In this document: positions 26,097 through 39,104 of the stretch, one piece after another
How the letters are laid out: each line of letters opens with the position of its first letter
Position numbering within the stretch: the stretch's first letter is position 1
Source of the DNA: Octopus bimaculoides
Lineage: Eukaryota
Assembly: GCF_001194135.2 (NCBI RefSeq)
Contig: NC_068982.1
Coordinates: 48,336,540 to 48,400,539, forward strand
DNA: 64,000 nucleotides
Direction: 5' to 3'
Made by a program: the position numbers and the translations under genes
The notes under the pieces: model-generated
What the model was told of the DNA's origin: nothing
The model's database searches: none
Seen by the model: the letters and a program-made list of their open reading frames with translations, nothing else

Positions 26097-26432
26097 GTTC
26101 AGTGGTTAAAGCATTGGGCTCAAAATCATTAGGTTATAAGTTCAATTCCTGGACTGGGCTGTGTGTTGTGTTCTTAAGTAAGACACCTTATTTCATGTTA
26201 CTCCAGTTCACTCAACTGTAGAAATGAGTTGTGACGTCACTGGACCAAGCTGTATCAGCCTTTGCCTTTCCCTTGGATAACTGTGGTTGTGTGGTAAGGG
26301 GAAACTGGTGTGCATAGGTGACTGATGGTCTTCCACAAATAACCTCACTTGGACTTGTGCCTTGGAAGGCAACCTTCTAGGTGCAATCACATGGTCATTC
26401 ATGACTGAAGGGGGTCTTTAACCTTTACCCCT
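26097..26432 (+). mobile_element. tRNA-related SINE, family D (tail GGTCATTCATGAC-GAAGGGGGTCTTTACCCTTTAC)
   Basis: Head CAGTGGTTAAAGC...AGTTCAATTCC. Partial homologue at 30165-30420. Confidence 0.7.
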
Positions 26433-26790
26433 TCGACTACAAAGTATAGTAGTAGCTAAAGCACTATACAGGAAGCAGACTGGATGATAAAAATCTAAAT
26501 GAAGTTCTAAACCCAACAATAGCACTAATACATCTATTTGTACATACCAGATATACTAATAACACACATACATAGGGTGGTGCACGGGCAGAATCGTAAG
26601 CATGCTAGGCAAAATGCTAAGAGGCATTTTGTCTGTCTTTACGTTCTGAATTCAAATTCTGTCAAGGTTGATTTGCCTTTCATCCTTTTGGGGTCAATAA
26701 AATAAGTACAAGTTGAACACTGAGGTCAATGTAATCATCTAAACCCCTTCCTTGAACTCACTGGCCTTGTGCCAAAATTAGAAACCTATA

Positions 26791-26883
<93 letters not shown>

Positions 26884-26885
<2 letters not shown>

Positions 26886-27099
26886 AGGGATGCTGAAAAG
26901 TTCCTGGCATAGGGTAAAAGAAAATATAGGAGGATCAGTTAATTATGATTCTATTCAATATAATCCCCTTTCAGATTTACACACTTATTGCAGTGGTTAC
27001 TCAATTCCTCTAAGCCCTATAAAAGAACTTGAAAGTTTGGGCCTCCAGCCAGGCCTTTCTCAAAACCCTTAAAGCCAGGAACTTTTCAGCACCCCCTCA
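26884..27099. mobile_element. Tc1/mariner-type MITE
   Basis: TIRs CGAGGGATGCTGAAAAGTTCCTGGC / GCCAGGAACTTTTCAGCACCCCCTCA. TA at the right end; the left end lies in a (TA)n tract. Confidence 0.88.
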
Positions 27100-27482
27100 T
27101 ATATAAACACAGAAATACACATTAAGAAACACAACACCTGTATATGATATTACACACCATATTGTTGACACCAATTTAATATGGAACAATAATCAGCAAA
27201 CACACTGATAGTACTTGAACAACATTATGGTTTTCCAGTCTCTTCTCTGTTAGATTAGATATCAATGTTTGTCAGCTTCTAATTAAACTTTTTATCTCCA
27301 CTACATGCATCACTCACCCGGCATTGTACACAGTATGGCTTCTTCTACTAACGTCTAAGATAAGCTAGAACATTGAATTAAATGGATTTACTGCTTTATT
27401 CTAATTCACAAAATGTATGATTAGTGATGACCTAGTGTATGCATTATAAACTATCATATTCATTTGATTGGTAAGAAAAAGA

Positions 27483-27556
<74 letters not shown>

Positions 27557-27790
27557 TATACACACATATATACACACACACATATACACACACACACACA
27601 CAAACTGAAACATTTTAGATACGCAACAATATATGAACAGTTGTGGATATGATAATGTTCGAAGATCATTTCTGAAATATTGGTTAAGTGTTTGTTTCTG
27701 TCATCTAATATTGAAAAGGAATGAATTAACTTCTGCTTTTATTTTGCATATATATATGCGTTTATATATATATATATATATAAATAAATA

Positions 27791-28900
27791 CAGGGTGCGG
27801 ATGGTATTTGAGTACAGGTTTATGGTTCTAAAAAAGGCTTATATAATAACAGAAGAAAACTGTATTTTTATAAAAATAGCATAAACAAAGCCAAATTATC
27901 AATTTGATAATTTCATTTAATTAAACCATCATAAGCATCAATAACTGGCTCTGTGTGGGGTCAAAATCGTTTACAAGCAGGGATTAAGTGGTCTTTGTTC
28001 ATATCGAACATGACTCAAAATGTGACGGCTTTCGAAGAATCTTTGGTACTATGGGGTATTCATTGACATTTTTCTCAATGATGCTCCGTACATAGTAGTC
28101 CAGTGGATTGAGATCTGGAAAATTAGGAGGCCAAATGTTGGAGGTAATGTCATCTTGTGATATTTGAGCCTTGTGTGATGGTGAAGTATCTTGTTGAAAG
28201 ACATAAGGCCTTCCATTGCATACACTGTTGATCCAAGGCTTAACAACTTTATCCAGAACCTCAATACATGCAGCAACATTCACCCTAAGGCCTTGTGGAA
28301 AAAAAAGTGAGGAGGCATCACATGTCCTTCATTGCTAACAACACCCAAAACCATGACACTTGCAGGAAATTTTGTGTGCATTATTCTTGGAACCTCAGAA
28401 GAGTCAACACATAGCCATCTGTCATTTCTTCTGTTAGTTTTCTGGTCTTGGTGAAAGATTTTCTCATCTGAGAAAATCCAAATAACACCAGCTTCTGATG
28501 GATTTTTAAGTTTGTTCAAAAGTCTTTTGGATCTGATTAAAAGGTTTTCTTTTGTTTTTTCCTGACATGAATTCACCTCTCCTCATCACATAAGATTTGT
28601 ATCAGATGACTTCATGCACATTACTAACCGTTTTTTCTGACACATGAAATTTTTTTGCAATTGACCTTATTGATTTTCCTGGATTGTCTTCAATGTTTTG
28701 CTTAAGTTTCTGAATAAATTCAGGTGTCCTGATACAATTAGAGCATTTGGAATGTTTTTATTTACATTTTGATACCAAGAATACACTTCCATTTTCTTTC
28801 TCTAACTCACACCAACTTTGTGGACAAAAGAGCTTGCAACTTTCAGAAAATGAGAAATTTCAAAATCACCATGCTTAGCCTTCAAAGCTACAATTACAGC
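27791..28900 (-). mobile_element. Tc1/mariner (maT/DD37D-like) transposase pseudogene
   Basis: WIFSDEKIFHQDQKTNRRNDRWL...VMVLGVVSNEGHVMPP, then frameshift, then YVFQQD...WPPNFPDLNPLDYYV. TA-CAGGGTG end at 27789-27797. The 5' boundary is uncertain. Confidence 0.88.
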
Positions 28901-29777
28901 TTGCCTTTTTATTTCATTAGTAAGCAAGAGCCTGTCATTGTTATTTTCTGAAATAGAAGTTCAATAAAAATTAGACAAGTAGGCACAGGAGTGGCTGTGT
29001 GGTAAGTAGCTTGCTTACCAACCACATGGTTCTGGGTCCAGTCCCACTGCATGGCACCATGGGCAAGTGTCTTCTACTATAGCCTCGGGCTGACCAAAAA
29101 GAAGGTAGCAGTTTTAGAGGTGTATCTTCTCATAGGAATGTGGGTGGTTAATTTAAGCATTGACGCACTAGCAAACAGGGTGGCAGTATGCTGTTACTGC
29201 TGTTGATTCTGCATTTATCAGATAGGCATGTGAATTGATTCTCAATTATATAAGCCACAAATTAAATCTGTTGTTGTGAGATTATATTGTTGGTAATATA
29301 GTTTTCCATTTCATTCTAAGTGATTCATTTCAAAGTAAACATTTAAATGGAGTTGAAGTGCTAGATTTGATGTCTGCAAAAAGATTATATTACCAATAAA
29401 TAAATAAAATAAATAAATAAATAAATAAATAGTATTAAAAAAATATGATTCACAACTAAGATAATTTTCCAGACTATTAATCTCATTTTTAGATATGAAA
29501 TATTTTCTAATATTGACATCTATACAATTTTTTATTTGGTTTATCTCAGGTGTCTTATTCCTGAATGTATACATCGTACTGTATTGGATTTGAATTAGAA
29601 GCTTTATTTTTAAGCTAAGAGTAATAATTTGTCTTGTCCATAAGGCCACTGTTTTCATCCATAGTTTGAAAATAATGCTTTCTAATTTGTATCATGTCCA
29701 GGGAGAAGATAGGGGACGACAATGGGAGATTAAACTGACTGAAATGTCTATATAAATATCAGAAACCTTTTTAAACC

Positions 29778-29810
<33 letters not shown>

Positions 29811-29934
29811 GAAGAAGAAGAAGAACTCTAGATGAGGTTAACAGTCTGGAAAGTGATAATCTTATTAGCAAATAACTTGTTTCAGACATTTAGAGATTAG
29901 GAATTGGTAAAAGATTTTAAAACAACAAACTTAC

Positions 29935-30016
29935 TTGGAAGCACATCGATGTATCTGTTTTTCTCTTCCACACCAAGTGGCAGATCCGAGTGTTTTGGAC
30001 AGATATTTGGAAGCAA
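29935..30016 (-). CDS. Receptor-type PTP, KNRY (pTyr-recognition loop) exon (82 nt, phase 0-1)
   Basis: ttgcttttattgcag|TTGCTT...CTTCCAA|gtaagt. Encodes LLPNICPKHSDLPLGVEEKNRYIDVLP plus the split codon A|TC (Ile). Confidence 0.95.
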
Positions 30017-30414
30017 CTGCAATAAAAGCAAATGAATAAAATATCCAGTTTCCATTATGAAAATGAATGGAATGAAAGAAGCTAATCAGATATTGGTAAA
30101 ACAAGAAATCATATGAAAATGCAGACAGATATTATGTTAATCTTTACTTCTTTCAGTCATTAAACTGTGTGTTGTGTTCTTGAACAAGACACTTTACTTC
30201 ACATTGTTCCAGTTCGTTTGAGGAAATGAATTACGATGTCACTGGTGCCAAGTTGTGTCGGCCTTCACCTTTCCCTTGGATATCATCAGTCGCCCATGCA
30301 TACCAGTTTCAGAGATCTTCCATAAACAACCTTGACTGGACTTGTGCCTCAGAGGGGAACTCTTTTAGGTGCAATCCTACGGTCATTCATGACCGAAAGG
30401 GAGTCTTTACCCTT

Positions 30415-31040
30415 TACCCATTAGACAGCTTCCATACTAGGACACTGCTTTGAAGGGTTTAGTTTAACAAATCGACCCCAGCACCTTTTTTTATTTATTT
30501 TTCTATTGCATGGTACGTATTCTATCAGTTTCTTTTAGCTGAACTGCTAAGTGACAGGGATGTAAACATACCAGCACTGGCAATGGTGAGGAACAAATGT
30601 AAAGACACACACACACATAGATGCATACATATACACATATGATGAGTTTCTTTCAGTTTCGTATTTCTTTATTGCCCACAAGGGGCTAAACATAGAGGGG
30701 ACAAACAAGGACAGACAAAGGGATTAAATTGATTACATCGACCCCAGTGCATAACTGGTGCTTAATTTATCAACCCCGAAAGGATGAAAGGCAAAATCGA
30801 CCCCGGCGGAATTTGAACTCAGAACGTAACAGCAGATGAAATACCACTAAGCATTTCGCCTCGCATGCAAACGTTTCTGCCAGCTCGCCGGCTTTCAGTT
30901 TCTGTCTACTAAATCCATTCACAAGGCTTTTGTTGGCCTGGAGATATAAACGAATACACTTGCTCAACATGCCATGCAGTGAGACTGAACTCAGAAGCAC
31001 GTGGATTAGGAGACAAACTTCTAACCACACAACCACACCT
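30415..31040 (-). mobile_element. Family A SINE interrupted by a family C SINE
   Basis: Family A tail and body at 30415-30660 resume at 30892. Confidence 0.8.
30661..30891 (-). mobile_element. Family C SINE with an alternative 3' tail, nested insertion
   Basis: Perfect 11-bp TSD CTTTCAGTTTC at 30650-30660 and 30892-30902. Tail ...AGCCCCTTGTGGGCAATAAAGAAAT. Confidence 0.88.
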
Positions 31041-32164
31041 TTGTGGACATTAAAAAAAGGCAACAAGTGGTGATAAATGAGAATATTTCAACTTATTTAT
31101 AAGTCAGACAACTTAGATAGGTTTGGCAGTAATTGGTCTATGGCATGTCTAATTTAATAGCACCAAACAGGACAGTCCTTTAAGCCATGTTTTAGAACAT
31201 CATAGCCCACTTGAGTAAGGAATTGTTTACTGAGATGTAAGATGTGTTTGGATGTTGGCTATTTTGAATGGTATTTTGTGAAGGAATACATCCAAGTAAC
31301 AGTTAAATCTTATGGAACATTTTCCTTTTTCTTCTTTGATTACTTTATGTCGGATCAGCTGAAGTAAAAAAAAGTTGTGAAGCAGTGTTGTTATGTAATG
31401 TGAGCACAGATGTTGTAGAGGACATATTCTAAACAACCTATTATTCATTTCAGTTATTTTGTTATCCGATATCTTTTGTGTGTCACATTATGTACACACA
31501 CACACACACACACACACATATTTATATATTGGTTCAAAGCTGATAATTCACAGTACTGCTTCTACACAGTCTCTTTACTCTGTTCATATGTTCTTATTGG
31601 TTAATAAACTTGGAGTAATGGTGGAGTGAATCATCAATGTTGAATAAATGTATTCAAATACAGGTATTAGATTTTCTATCTACCACCACCGCTGCCATTT
31701 AACATCTGGCTTCTGGGCCTGCATGGGATGGAGGATTTAACAGTGTCTGTTGCGTCAGAGGACAGTGCCATGCACCAATGTAAATACTTTGGCATGGATT
31801 CTGCAGCTGGATTCCTTTTCTAATGCTTACCACTTTTACAGAGTTCATTCAGTGCTTTGTTTTTATTTTTTATTTTTATTTTTTTATCATGCCACCAATA
31901 CAAGTGATAGTCACCTCATAACTTGCAACTTTAAGTGAGGAAGTTGAAATATAATAGAAGGATAGAGAATTGGTGTTTTGTTATAGTGGAGATATATGGC
32001 TATCCCATTTGGAAAGGAAAGGCGAGAGAAGAGAGAGAGATAGGGTTAGAAAGACAGATAAGAAGACAGAAAGATAGAGAGATAAAGAGAGAGATAGAAA
32101 GTGGTGGAAATGTGTCAGGAGATACTCTCAAGGTACAGTACAGATATGTGTGTGTGTGTGTGTT

Positions 32165-32199
<35 letters not shown>

Positions 32200-32239
32200 C
32201 TGTCTGTCTGTCTGCCTCCCTGCCTTTCAGTCTGTCTGT

Positions 32240-32580
32240 ATGTATTCTTATGTTTCAGTCGTTTGACTGCAGCCATGCTGGAGCACCGCTTTTAGTCGAA
32301 CAAATTGAACCCAGGACTTATTCTTTGTAAGCCTAGTACTTATTCTACCGGTCTCTTTGGCCGAGCTGCTAAGTTACGGGGGATGTAAACACACCAATAT
32401 TGATTGTCAAGCGATGGTGGTGGTGAGGGGAAACAAACACAGACACACAAACACACATATACGACGGGCTTCTTTCAGCTTCCGTCTACCAAATTTTGTC
32501 CAAGGTGCCATGCAGTGGGACTGAACCCAGAACTATGTGGTTGGTAAGCAAGTTACTTACCACACACCCACTCCTGCACA
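32240..32580 (-). mobile_element. tRNA-derived SINE, family A
   Basis: Reverse-complement homology, CpG-rich. Confidence 0.82.
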
Positions 32581-32932
32581 TATGCGTGTGTCTGTGCATG
32601 CACGTATATCTGTCTGCCTGCCTGCCTTTCAGTCTGTCTGTATGTATGCCTTTTCTTTCTCATTTTAATTTTAGAGTAAATTTAAACTGGCCACCAACTT
32701 GGTAGCAAGATAGTGAAGGGAAGCATCTTGATTTCGCTGTCATCTTCTCAGTCTTAAGAAGATCTTACAGATTTTTATAGTCCCAGATATCATGATTCCA
32801 AGTTCAGTCATATTTTGCTCCAGATAGGTAGGTAGGTATGAATCCTGTTGCCCCAATAATAATGGGTATGAAGCTGTAAGTGTATTGTGGGTACTGGATT
32901 GTTCGTTTGTGTGTATGTATATGTGTGTGAGT

Positions 32933-33300
32933 GGAGGCGCAATGGCCCAGTGGTTAGGGCAGCGGACTCGCGGTCATAGAATCGTGGTTTCGATTCCCAG
33001 ACTGGGCGTTGTGAGTGTTTATTGAGTGGAAATACCTAAAGCTCCACGAAGCTCCGGCAGGGGACGGTGGCGAACCCTGCTGTACTCTTTCACCACAACT
33101 TTCTTCCTGTTTCTGTTGTACCTGTAATTCAAAGGGTCAGCCTTGTCACACTGTGTCACGTTGAATATCCCCGAGAACTACGTTAAGGGTACAAGTGTCT
33201 GTGGAGTGCTCAGCTACTTGCATGTTAATTTCACGAGCAGGCTGTTCCGTTGATCGGATCAACTGGAACCCTCGACGTCGTGAGCGACGGAGTGCCAACA
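32933..33300 (+). mobile_element. tRNA-derived SINE, family B
   Basis: Closely similar to 13660-14040. Confidence 0.88.
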
Positions 33301-33964
33301 AATATTTGTGTGTGTGTGTGCGTGTGTTTATTAAAAGAGAAAGTGAGACAACATGAAAAATGATTTATGGAAAAGGACAATTAGACAAGAAATATCTCAT
33401 GCAAGCTATGGCGTCCAGACTGGTTTCAGTCGTCAGATGTATTAGAAGAATATTAACTGACTGGTACATTGTTTTATTGATTTCTATCTACTGAATGACT
33501 AAGGTTTAACGTGTTGTTGTAATAGGATGTAATGCCATACTTTAGTATACTCACAAAGACACACGGATGCATGTTCACACACACCACTCACACTCAAACA
33601 CAGACGTGTGTGTGTGTGTGTATGTATGTAGTTAGGGAGGGAAGCAAGAAAGAGAGAGCTAGGTATGCATGCCTGCATGTGCGCATGCCTATACGTTTGT
33701 ATGTATGTAATGCATGCTTGCATGTATTTTGGCCATATTATAAGGGCTCAGAGACCTTCTGTGCTCACGTCACCAGGGATGGGGTGGATGGAAAATGGGC
33801 TTGACAGAACACAGATGATGATGAAACAATATCATCAATGATTGGTTGAATGAAGACCCTGATAGATTGAATGGTTGCAACATGAGACTGCAGTGCATGA
33901 AGAGAACTGGTGAATGTATCTGAGGCCTCCTACACTCAGACTGGAGGATGGACATAATCAGTCA

Positions 33965-34031
33965 TAACTGCTAAGTTACGGGGACGTAAAGACATCAACA
34001 TCAGTTGTCAAGCGATGGTGGAGGGACAAAA

Positions 34032-34080
<49 letters not shown>

Positions 34081-34235
34081 GCTTCTTTCAGTTTCCGTCA
34101 ACTAAATCCACTTATAAGGCTTTGGTCAACCCGAAGCTACAGTAGAAGAGACTTGCTCAAGGTACCACGCAGTGGGACTGAACCCAGAACCATGTGGTTG
34201 GGAAGCAAGCTTCTTACCACATAGCCATGCCTGCG
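33965..34235 (-). mobile_element. Family A SINE (3'-truncated)
   Basis: Reverse-complement head and body. Confidence 0.8.
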
Positions 34236-35867
34236 CCTTCTTTGTGTGGCTACCTTCAGTAAATTGTAATCTCTCATCCATAATTTAGTTGATATTTTGA
34301 AAGTTGTTAAAATACTTTTATACTGGGCTGGGATATTGTGTTTTCTTCTCTTTTCATGCAAGCNNNNNNNNNNNNNNNNNNNNNNNNNNNNNNNNNNNNN
34401 NNNNNNNNNNNNNNNNNNNNNNNNNNNNNNNNNNNNNNNNNNNNNNNNNNNNNNNNNNNNNNNNNNNNNNNNNNNNNNNNNNNNNNNNNNNNNNNNNNNN
34501 NNNNNNNNNNNNNNNNNNNNNNNNNNNNNNNNNNNNNNNNNNNNNNNNNNNNNNNNNNNNNNNNNGGTGGTTAAGAGGGCGGGGGAAACTTTAGAGAAAA
34601 AGGAGGCGTTGGGAGGAAGACAGTGGATTGCTGGGGGGCGCAATGAATTTATTATAATATTATTATAGTATCGTATACAAATTATATAATACTATATTAA
34701 ATATCAAATGATTGAATTAAACGAAACTCTCCCACCACCTCACAAACACGGATAAAAATGTTTCACAAATAATTCCGATATAATTGGAATGTAAATAACA
34801 TGAAAGTATATGTAGAAAATCTCATGAAAATAATATCCATTTTTCTGAAATTTATGAGGAAACAAAGTCGGCAGGTTTGGGGGCACACTTGCGTAGGGGG
34901 TACACTTGCCTACACGAGTGATTGTAAAGCGAACTTCTAAACTTAGGTAATATAAATATCTATTAATGTCGAATGGAGCTTGTGAAATTCTACTTCTTGA
35001 AATTTTCTGCAACAGACTGGTTTAATTGTACATTAAACTATTCAAGCTATTCTATGAAAAGTTTTAATTATATTGTGTCATGATTAATTCGGTTTGATTT
35101 TCTTTCCATCTTGTAAACCAGTGCTTCCCAAACTATCTGATGTGGCGTACCGGCATTTTTTTTTCACCGATGTGCCAGGGACCGGTAATATTTCTTAGTA
35201 ATATTAATTTATACCGAAATCAATATATATAATGAATATAATAAATTTGACAATAATTTCTTATCGTATATTTATTTTGTAAACAAATAATACAATATTA
35301 CACAAGCATTTTATAATGTTTCTTTCTTTTCTGGAAATTCGCCACGCACCGAACAGCTGATGGCTCCAAACAATTTACTAAAGTTTCAAAAGGCAACAGA
35401 AAGTGATAAAGGGAAATAATTCAGTACATTTAAGAAGCGATTATCTCCCCTGAACCAGTCGCACAACATTGAACTACATTTACACAATGAAACGTAATAC
35501 ATGAGAATCAAATGCATCCTAGCTATGATTAATCGTTATTTTCTGAAATACGTAGGCCTACACAGGTCATGGGCAAACTGCGGCCCGCAGGACATTCTGA
35601 ATGACACGCCAATGAAAATTTATTTTGAATTTTTTAAATAGTATTTCGGTTCGCCTGATAATGAGTCGTTTTATGCACCAGTTTCTCGACCACAATATCA
35701 AAGGCGAAGTGTCCTTATGTAGAACGTCAGGGTGGGATTAGGCTGATATTTCAAGCAATTTCAACGACCACAAATAGGCTTCCTTGTTGGTTTGTAAGTG
35801 TAATTGTTGTTTATTCTCCTGTTGTAAATTTCAGTTAAACAGACCTAAAATTTAAGGTTTCCTAGTA

Positions 35868-36027
35868 GCATTAGCGTAGCTGTGTGTGGTGGGGGTCCGC
35901 CTCGGGTGATATTTTTAAAGAGGCGGCTTTTTGGGGTCTGCCATAAGCAATATGTGTTTTTGTGGGGTCCGGGGGCGGCAAACGGAAGGGCTGCCCCGGG
36001 AGGCATACACTCCAGTTACGCTAGTGC
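35868..36027. mobile_element. GC-rich MITE-like element, superfamily unassigned
   Basis: Imperfect 15-bp TIRs GCATTAGCGTAGCTG / CAGTTACGCTAGTGC (13 of 15 match). TSD not resolved. Confidence 0.5.
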
Positions 36028-36345
36028 CTAGCAGCCATCATTCCCTATTTTGTTTTCCAGGAATAGTGTAGCTAGGATTACATTGTCCAGCGTGTCCTTC
36101 TTAAAAATGGTAGCGTGCGATTTTTTTGTTTTTGTTTTTTAGTAGTTTTGTCTTGAGTAAAAGGGTCGTCTCCATAGCTTTAACAAATTCTCAGAGACCA
36201 GTGAGATTGACGCCATTAACGTTCTGTTGCAAACTAACAGCTACAAGAAAATATGTGCAGGGAGGAAATTCCAGAGAGCCGAGGTTTCGGAAAGGAAAGG
36301 CTGAAGCAGTGGTTAGTGTGCGGCAACTTCCTTTCATTTTAAGTA

Positions 36346-36622
36346 TGACGTCATGTGTCGGTAAATCAACCAGTACAAGTTTGACACTTACCATACTTAA
36401 AACGAAAGGACGTATGCAGTCTGAGTGGTGGATACAACACGATTGGAAAAGAGGAGAAGAGACGAGAGTCAAAAGTCTTTGGGTGGAGTTGGCACGAAAC
36501 CTACCAGTTTCAAGTATAACCCCTTGCGATGATGGTAGAAAAGGCAGGGAGAGGACAAAACACGTCTATGAGTCACAGTGTACAGAGTAATACTCCACAG
36601 TGGATCTCAGACAAGCTTTATA
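36346..36622 (-). promoter_or_regulatory. Candidate intronic alternative promoter/first exon (TATAAAG...ATG|GTAAGT, with a CRE palindrome just inside the intron)
   Basis: TATAAAG at 36622-36616(-); no ATG until AGTATG|GTAAGT (ATG 36394-36392); TGACGTCA at 36346-36353; local CpG enrichment. Function is inferred only. Confidence 0.3.
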
Positions 36623-38357
36623 AAAGACTTGTAGTTGATAGGGGACGAAGTATTTTCTGGTTCTACAGGGAAGGGTTAGTTGGCATAATTACCAGTTTGG
36701 TGTTTTTACCGCTCGCAGACTGTACATCCTCATAACTTTCATAGATATTTCCTAATGAAATTTTGCAGAGATACGTTTTCGAGGGTGTGTTTTGTATTGA
36801 TAAAATTTAACAAAAGATTTTTTTCTAGCAGAATTCTAAATCACCCGATGAAAATGTTTCTGCAAGGTTTCNNNNNNNNNNNNNNNNNNNNNNNNNNNNN
36901 NNNNNNNNNNNNNNNNNNNNNNNNNNNNNNNNNNNNNNNNNNNNNNNNNNNNNNNNNNNNNNNNNNNNNNNNNNNNNNNNNNNNNNNNNNNNNNNNNNNN
37001 NNNNNNNNNNNNNNNNNNNNNNNNNNNNNNNNNNNNNNNNNNNNNNNNNNNNNNNNNNNNNNNNNNNNNNNNNNTTTTGTTGACAAACAACGGCATTAAT
37101 TTTATTCAAGGGAAAAAATCCCGTAACACCGTTGTTTACATTCCACGGCGTAATTGTTTTCACCTAAATAGACGTCAGTGATTGGTTGAAATTACCGAAA
37201 TACGACAATTTTTTACATGAAATAACTTCGAATACAAAATATTTTATCTGTTTTATAACACAAAATATACAAGTATTCGAAGTTTGAAAGTGTTTCGGTA
37301 CCAAAAACACTACATAAAAAAATGTTGGCCGTCAAACCATAAAGATCCCCAAACTTTTCCGAAAAGTGTTTTCTGAAAATTTTATCATAACAATCATAAA
37401 CTACACTCTCGAGAGCGGACGGGAACTGAGGGAAACACGTCGTATATGTGAGTGTGTGTCTTTGTTCCCCACTACAGCTTGACAACCGATGTCAGTTTGT
37501 TTACCTCCCCTTAACGGCTAGGTATTAATAGAATAAGTGCAAGGGTCGACTCGTTCGACTAAGATTCTTCACGGTGGTGCTCTAGCATGGCCGTAGTCTA
37601 ATGAATGAAACAAGTAAAAGAGAATTATTACCAAATTGTCAACAAAATGGAATTGATCAATTTTCTTTATATTATTGGAGATGTACTTGCATAGAAAGTG
37701 ACTTGATCTGATCGTTTTAATTCTAACTCTCAGATGAAGAGTTATTTCCCTTGGAACATGACATGGTCAAATTCCGACGTCAATTTCTTGGGAGTCAAAA
37801 TGACAGACATTAGTTGAATATCTCTTCGTACTAAGTTTCCCTAATGCTTGGGGTTCGAATGTGTGCGTGTGTTGTCGGACATCCGGGCAGTTTTAGTGCA
37901 CATGAGAACTGCATATGGTAAAATAAGTTGCCGTCAAACGTTGGTGTCGATGTAATCTACTAGCCGCGTCCACCAAAATTTCAGTTCTTGAGCCTATAGC
38001 AGAAAAGATTCTTATTTTTTGCCTGATGGGTTTAGAGGGTACACTCCCCTACGGACCCATGGCCTAGTATATAAATTTACAAATAGCTCATATGCTATGA
38101 CAAAGCAACGTTTTTTTTTGTTTTAGAAAGCTATATATTTTTTAAATATAAAAGAATGGAGTTTATTCATTCTTTTATATTTACTTGTAATTCTTTTATA
38201 TGTTACTCGTTATTAAATGAGTCTCCAAAATGAAGAAAAACGAGGGGTTATGTGCATTCATTCATGTGAGCATGCACGTAGAAAAACACAACTTATGCAT
38301 TTAATATGTGTATTAGAGTGAGAGAGAGAGAAAGAATATTTATATATATATATTTAT

Positions 38358-38430
<73 letters not shown>

Positions 38431-39104
38431 GATACAGAATGAGTGAGAGAGAGAGAGATACTTTTACTAGATGTCTCACAATATTCACCATGTTTACTTC
38501 CTGTACTATTTACAACAATTTCACTGAAAAATATGCATGCATAGCATATATAATTGAATACATTGCGCTATTAAACACACTCCGCTGTTATTGATCTACC
38601 ATATTCAAAGTCTACCTTGATGTTAGCAAAGAAATTTCTCTTTTTTCTTTCTTTCTTTTTCTTACCCTATATTTGAGTCTCACTTTATTAATTGGCTTAT
38701 ACACATAAAATTTCTAATGTAAATATATTCAAATTTTATATTTCTAAGGTGTGATTTTTTTTTAAAAAAGCATGTTATATGATTTGTTATATACACTGAT
38801 AGTTCTATGATTGTAGAAATTTGTTTGGCATTGATCTCTACAGTCAGTGATAGACATGAAATGGAATTTATCATGATTACATGATAAATCATCTATATTA
38901 ATTCGATCAATGTCAACTTTGCTTTTATCATTTTAGAGTTTCCACAAATCTAGGTATAAGTGTGTGGTAAGAAGCCTGCTTCTCAACCACATGGTTCTGG
39001 GTTCAGCCCCGCTGTGTGGCATGGCAGGCAAGTGTCTTCTACTATAGCCCCAAGTTGACTAAGCTAAAGTGAATATTTACTACTGTTGTCACACATTATT
39101 ATTA

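Noticed and set aside
36126-36590. 154-aa plus-strand ORF in the CpG-rich block
   Set aside because: Starts at TTG within a T-run and has no recognisable domain. Openness is explained by higher GC content.
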